A stretch of 64,000 nt of DNA, from assembly GCA_964631055.1 (NCBI GenBank), contig CAZVZJ010000005.1:12472-76471 (forward strand), given 5' to 3'. A program made the translations under genes and the position numbers. The notes under the pieces are model-generated. The model searched no databases. It worked only from the letters and a program-made list of their open reading frames with translations, and was not told the origin of the DNA. Below, in pieces: positions 60,590 through 64,000 of this stretch. Every line of letters begins with the position of its first letter. Position 1 is the first letter of the stretch. The stretch is from an uncultured Marinicella sp. Its GTDB lineage: Bacteria > Pseudomonadota > Gammaproteobacteria > Xanthomonadales > Marinicellaceae.

Positions 60590-62032
60590 TCATTGTTCAA
60601 TTACACTAACTGTTGATTTAACCTTTTGTGTTCCACCATACTGTGCCAATAAGCCCTGCCCTGCAGCTGCATTGGTGAACTGTTGAAATGTAACCCCTAT
60701 AACTGGAAGCCCCATAATTTCCACGTTGGTATTGGTATTTGCATCAGTGCCACTCAACGATCTTGTTGCTAAAAAATCAATCCTATGAAAACCGCTTTCT
60801 GTAACTGCGGTGGTGGGTGAGGTGAATAATTGGGTATTGCTAGACCCTGTAATACTTCCATCGGAACCATCTTGTCCAGGTAACACAAGTTGATATGCAA
60901 AGACACTGCCACAGATGGCTGGGGTGGGAAAGCCCACTGGAATTGGACCAGCTGCCACATCTGAATTCTCAATTTGAGCTTCTCGATCGAATATTGAAAC
61001 GTCTACTTCTGAACCGCCGTAAGTTGAATCTGAACAAAGACCTACATCAATGTCATCACCATAAGGAGGCGAAGAAACCAGCGTTTCACTGTCAAAATAA
61101 AATCTACGAGTAGGCTGTACAAAAACAGTTTCGCTTTTTCCAACCACAACTGTATCTAATGCATAGGCTGCTATCAACTCATCGGCCATTAAAACTGCAC
61201 TGACCGCATCAATACCTGAATCAAGATCCAATTCATATACTTTCTCTCGAGTCACTACAGTGGCTTTAGGTTCAGCAGCATCTAAAGATAAATTAGTATC
61301 ACCTGGACTTGTGTGAGCAATGGTACCTTCAGCAAAAAAGCCATCTAAAGCAACCACGGGCACAGAGAAATTAATACCCTCAGCAACATTAATGATATCT
61401 GCATTCACCATCAGTCCGCCAGTAACCTCAGTCACATCTGATTCAACATCACCACCGGAAGGTTCGTCCCAAATTCCATCCAATGTCCAGGCCTCAATAA
61501 TTCTCCCACAATCCGCTGGTACTCCTGCATTAAATTGACTAACAAAACCAGCAACCTCACCTGTTAATTCACCCATTTCAATCACTTCAATAAAACCTTC
61601 ACGGGCCCTGCTTAAATCATTAGGTCCATCTATAAATTCAAAAGGCAAAAACTCTTGGCCAGATTTTAATAAAAACGGGGCGCATGAAGTATCTGAAGTA
61701 ACATGGCGGACTGAATTTTGGCCAGCATAACCTGAAACAGTTGACTGAGTTTCAACCAAAGCAAATGACCAGGTATCAAAAGAATCCAGATAGACATTAT
61801 ATGACAACACTGCATATCCATTTAACCCTTCTCTGAAGTTAATTTTTACTGCTTTTGCGGTGTTTCGGGTGTTTGTAACTGTCACCAATGTATTTAAATT
61901 GTTATTAACCGTATAGTATGGGACTAGTGAGACATCACTTATTCCTTGAGGATTAATATGGACTGCGGACGCATTAAAAGTGTAACAAGTAAATGCAGTG
62001 CCAATGAGTTTTTTTATTAACATTTTAATCAT
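60590..62032 (-). CDS. secreted hypothetical protein (no recognised domain)
   Basis: The ATG at 62032 has an AAGGA SD 8 nt upstream. It has the signal peptide MIKMLIKKLIGTAFTCYTFNASA. The mature N-terminus LVPYYTVNNNLNTLVTVTNT...AVKINFREG resembles an uncharacterised proteobacterial family that I cannot name. Confidence 0.75.
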   Translation of the reverse strand: MIKMLIKKLIGTAFTCYTFNASAVHINPQGISDVSLVPYYTVNNNLNTLVTVTNTRNTAKAVKINFREGLNGYAVLSYNVYLDSFDTWSFALVETQSTVSGYAGQNSVRHVTSDTSCAPFLLKSGQEFLPFEFIDGPNDLSRAREGFIEVIEMGELTGEVAGFVSQFNAGVPADCGRIIEAWTLDGIWDEPSGGDVESDVTEVTGGLMVNADIINVAEGINFSVPVVALDGFFAEGTIAHTSPGDTNLSLDAAEPKATVVTREKVYELDLDSGIDAVSAVLMADELIAAYALDTVVVGKSETVFVQPTRRFYFDSETLVSSPPYGDDIDVGLCSDSTYGGSEVDVSIFDREAQIENSDVAAGPIPVGFPTPAICGSVFAYQLVLPGQDGSDGSITGSSNTQLFTSPTTAVTESGFHRIDFLATRSLSGTDANTNTNVEIMGLPVIGVTFQQFTNAAAGQGLLAQYGGTQKVKSTVSVIEQ

Positions 62033-62566
62033 TTTATTTCCTTGTTTTTTGATAGTACTTTTGTTTTTCAGTGCCAAATTATATGAAAAACATAGTTAGA
62101 TCAAAGTTATTTTTATATGTAAAAAAAGTTAAACAAATCACTGCTGTTTAACTGAATAAAATACAGTTTTCAGTGAGATTTTATTTAGCTATACCCTATA
62201 TTCAAATTACTGAAAGTGCTATTGAAATCAAACAACTTTCTATTGAAAGCCATCAGTATAGGCGTCAATACAATGGAGTTAAACCGATTGTCTGAAATCT
62301 TAAAAAAACTGTCGTAATTTTAATTTTTACGATAATAAACAGTCTCTGCTACGCTTGTTTTTAATTTTATATACCTCAGTTTAAGCGTAAGGCTAACAAG
62401 GCTAAACATCTTGGTCATGGGCTATTAGAGGAAAGGTCTAAAGTTTTCGAGTAATGCCAGTGTTCGGCCAACTCAACGCAACCTCGTTTAGCTGGGTTTT
62501 GATGGATACAATTAATTTTCTGTCACAACATACCTTCATTCGAAATCAATTGGGGGATGCTCTCCT

Positions 62567-62742
62567 TATTCTCGTTCCCAAGCTGTGCTTGGTAATACAT
62601 AGAGGTTTTAATCAGGCTCCAAAACCCAACTCTTCCAAAGACTTGATCTGATTGTGCATATGTTGCGTTGAATAAAAGCACCATGTTTTTACAATGGATT
62701 CCTGATCTCGCCTACCGGCTCGTCTGGAATGACGATGGGTTT
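62567..62742 (+). repeat. ~175-bp direct repeat, copy B
   Basis: See copy A at 60117-60291. The two copies bracket the orphan secreted-protein gene. Confidence 0.9.
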
Positions 62743-62932
62743 ATTGCCTTTTAAGGAGATTGCTTCAGTCGTTCCTCTTTCGCAATGACAGGGATTTTCA
62801 AACTTGAAACAAAGGTGTTAATGAAGGTTTATTCTCGTTCCCAAGTTCTTGCTTGGTAATGCATAAGTTTAAGCCTGACTGATTCAAGCCTAATTTTTCC
62901 TCGTTACCAAGATCCAACTTGGTTATGCCTAT
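62569..62932. repeat. cluster of REP-like palindromic units (three CCAAG-type, one GGAATGACG-type, one ...TCGCAATGAC-type)
   Basis: The CCAAG-type units lie at 62569-62602, 62832-62866 and 62897-62932. The other two units lie at 62697-62733 and 62758-62790 (GATTGCTTCAGTCGTTCCTCTTTCGCAATGACA). Confidence 0.85.
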
Positions 62933-63070
62933 CATCGCCAATCAGAATGTACCTCAATTAAACCAGCGCTTCCTAAATAGTTTGGTTCACTTGAATATCG
63001 CCAATATATTCAGATAAAATTTTTGAAAATGATTTTTTTACTCGTTTGAAAACATAAGAAGTTAAAAGTA

Positions 63071-64000
63071 TTATTTATAAGCTGCAATTTGTTTTTTAAT
63101 GTAGCTGATTTCATCTGCATATTGACCTTCAATATTAGAATAGGACTCAAGTGCTTTTTTATAATATGACTGCGCTATTATGTGGTTATTGTTTTGTTCA
63201 TGAAATTCAGCAAAATCATGGTAGGCAATGGCTGTGAATTCATGGTTTGTACCGTATTTATGGTTGTGTCTATCAATAGAAAATTGGTGGGTATAAAATG
63301 CTGGTTCATGGTTGGCATTATTGTTATATTGTTTATTAAGTGAACGAAGGATGTTTAAAGTTTCATGGTGATATTCACCCAGGTGTTGATGACTGGTTTG
63401 GTAAATTTTTTCTAATTCTTGGGTACTTTCGGTCAATTGACCAGTCTTTTCTAAGTAAAGTGCAAAAGTGAATTTTGCATGTATGGTTTGCAAATGATTT
63501 ATGCCGTATTTATTTTCACTGAATTCGATGGATTCTTGAAGGTAAATTTTAGCTTCATCATAACGTTCTAGCGACATCAAAGTGTGACCAATGCTCTCTA
63601 GCAAACCGGCAATTTGATGGTAGTTCTCACCCTTAGCCTGTTTGATCATTCGTAGAGCATCTTTAAAAATAGGCAGTGATATATCAAATTCACCACGCTT
63701 ATTGAGCAGGTGTGCGTAGTTTGAAGTAAGGACTATGTTCATTGTATGATTTTTTCCTAATGACTCTCTTGCGCGATACATTTGTAGTGGCAAGACCTTT
63801 CCAGCTTCATCTATTTTGTTTTGGCTTAGCAATGAAATCAAATATACATTGATTAAGTCAAAATACTCGACTGTGTCTTTGTTTGTTATGGAATTTTCTA
63901 AAAATAGCTTGTTGAATAAAGTTTCTTCAACAGTTTTCCAATCGCCTTGTTTATACAAAGCCACAGACCTGCTGACCAGTGCTTTGAGGGTTTCTGGGTG
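63071..64000 (-). CDS. TPR (TPR_10/12, kinesin-light-chain-like) repeat protein, 5'-truncated by window edge
   Basis: The reading frame stays open to position 64000 (...HPETLKALVSRSVALYKQGDW...). It has repeated ~42-aa units of the type H..T...L..LA.LY...G.Y..A...Y..AL. Confidence 0.75.
   Translation of the reverse strand, partial: HPETLKALVSRSVALYKQGDWKTVEETLFNKLFLENSITNKDTVEYFDLINVYLISLLSQNKIDEAGKVLPLQMYRARESLGKNHTMNIVLTSNYAHLLNKRGEFDISLPIFKDALRMIKQAKGENYHQIAGLLESIGHTLMSLERYDEAKIYLQESIEFSENKYGINHLQTIHAKFTFALYLEKTGQLTESTQELEKIYQTSHQHLGEYHHETLNILRSLNKQYNNNANHEPAFYTHQFSIDRHNHKYGTNHEFTAIAYHDFAEFHEQNNNHIIAQSYYKKALESYSNIEGQYADEISYIKKQIAAYK

Noticed and set aside
59989-62932. Possibility that the repeated ~34-nt units form a CRISPR array.
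   Set aside because: The units are individually palindromic, occur in both contexts with irregular spacing (about 30-2200 bp), are only ~80-90% identical, and are interleaved with other repeat families. There are no cas genes in the window.

Overview
This 64 kb window looks like chromosomal DNA from a moderately AT-rich (by eye roughly 40% GC) Gram-negative bacterium, probably a marine gammaproteobacterium. The lineage call is an inference from a 187-aa short-lid Adk, a long-form PFK, a 531-aa isocitrate lyase and REP-like palindromes. I support about 52 protein-coding genes at high coding density. I recognised no rRNA, tRNA, CRISPR array, cas gene, transposase, integrase or phage gene.

Recognisable core genes:
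- hemE, groES/groEL (with a sigma32-type promoter), adk, dinB and ubiG plus a HAD phosphatase
- a divergent glyoxylate-shunt pair, aceA/glcB
- a long-form (probably PPi-dependent) phosphofructokinase
- yadG/yadH-like ABC exporter genes and a rubredoxin
- a 3-hydroxyanthranilate cluster: RidA, 3-HAO, ACMSD and a cyclase-like gene

The rest is transporters, peptidases (Dcp, S41, S15/CocE, M20, DUF885), small detoxification-type enzymes, a TPR-bearing Ser/Thr kinase, a CadC/TolB-like membrane regulator and an autotransporter.

The most unusual content is a dynamic family of four secreted proteins at 43814-45400 and 51192-57076. Each is exactly one seven-blade FG-GAP (integrin-alpha-like) propeller.
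- They share signal peptides and a conserved C-terminal [IV]F[KR]xGF[ED] tail.
- One gene contains a perfect 204-bp intragenic duplication, and another contains a near-perfect 213-bp duplication.
- A duplication scar carries a truncated merC-like gene 5' end.
- One paralog is split by an in-frame TGA.
- A TIGR03032-like conserved hypothetical gene lies directly downstream.

The second unusual locus is an orphan 480-aa secreted protein gene (60590-62032). It is isolated in about 1.9 kb of non-coding DNA packed with at least three families of REP-like palindromic units and bracketed by ~175-bp direct repeats.

Other anomalies are a frameshifted membrane AraC regulator and a small VOC-like ORF translationally coupled to the DUF885 gene. 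Nothing here matches a known defence, toxin or mobile system. All functional calls rest on my reading of motifs in the supplied translations, not on database searches.
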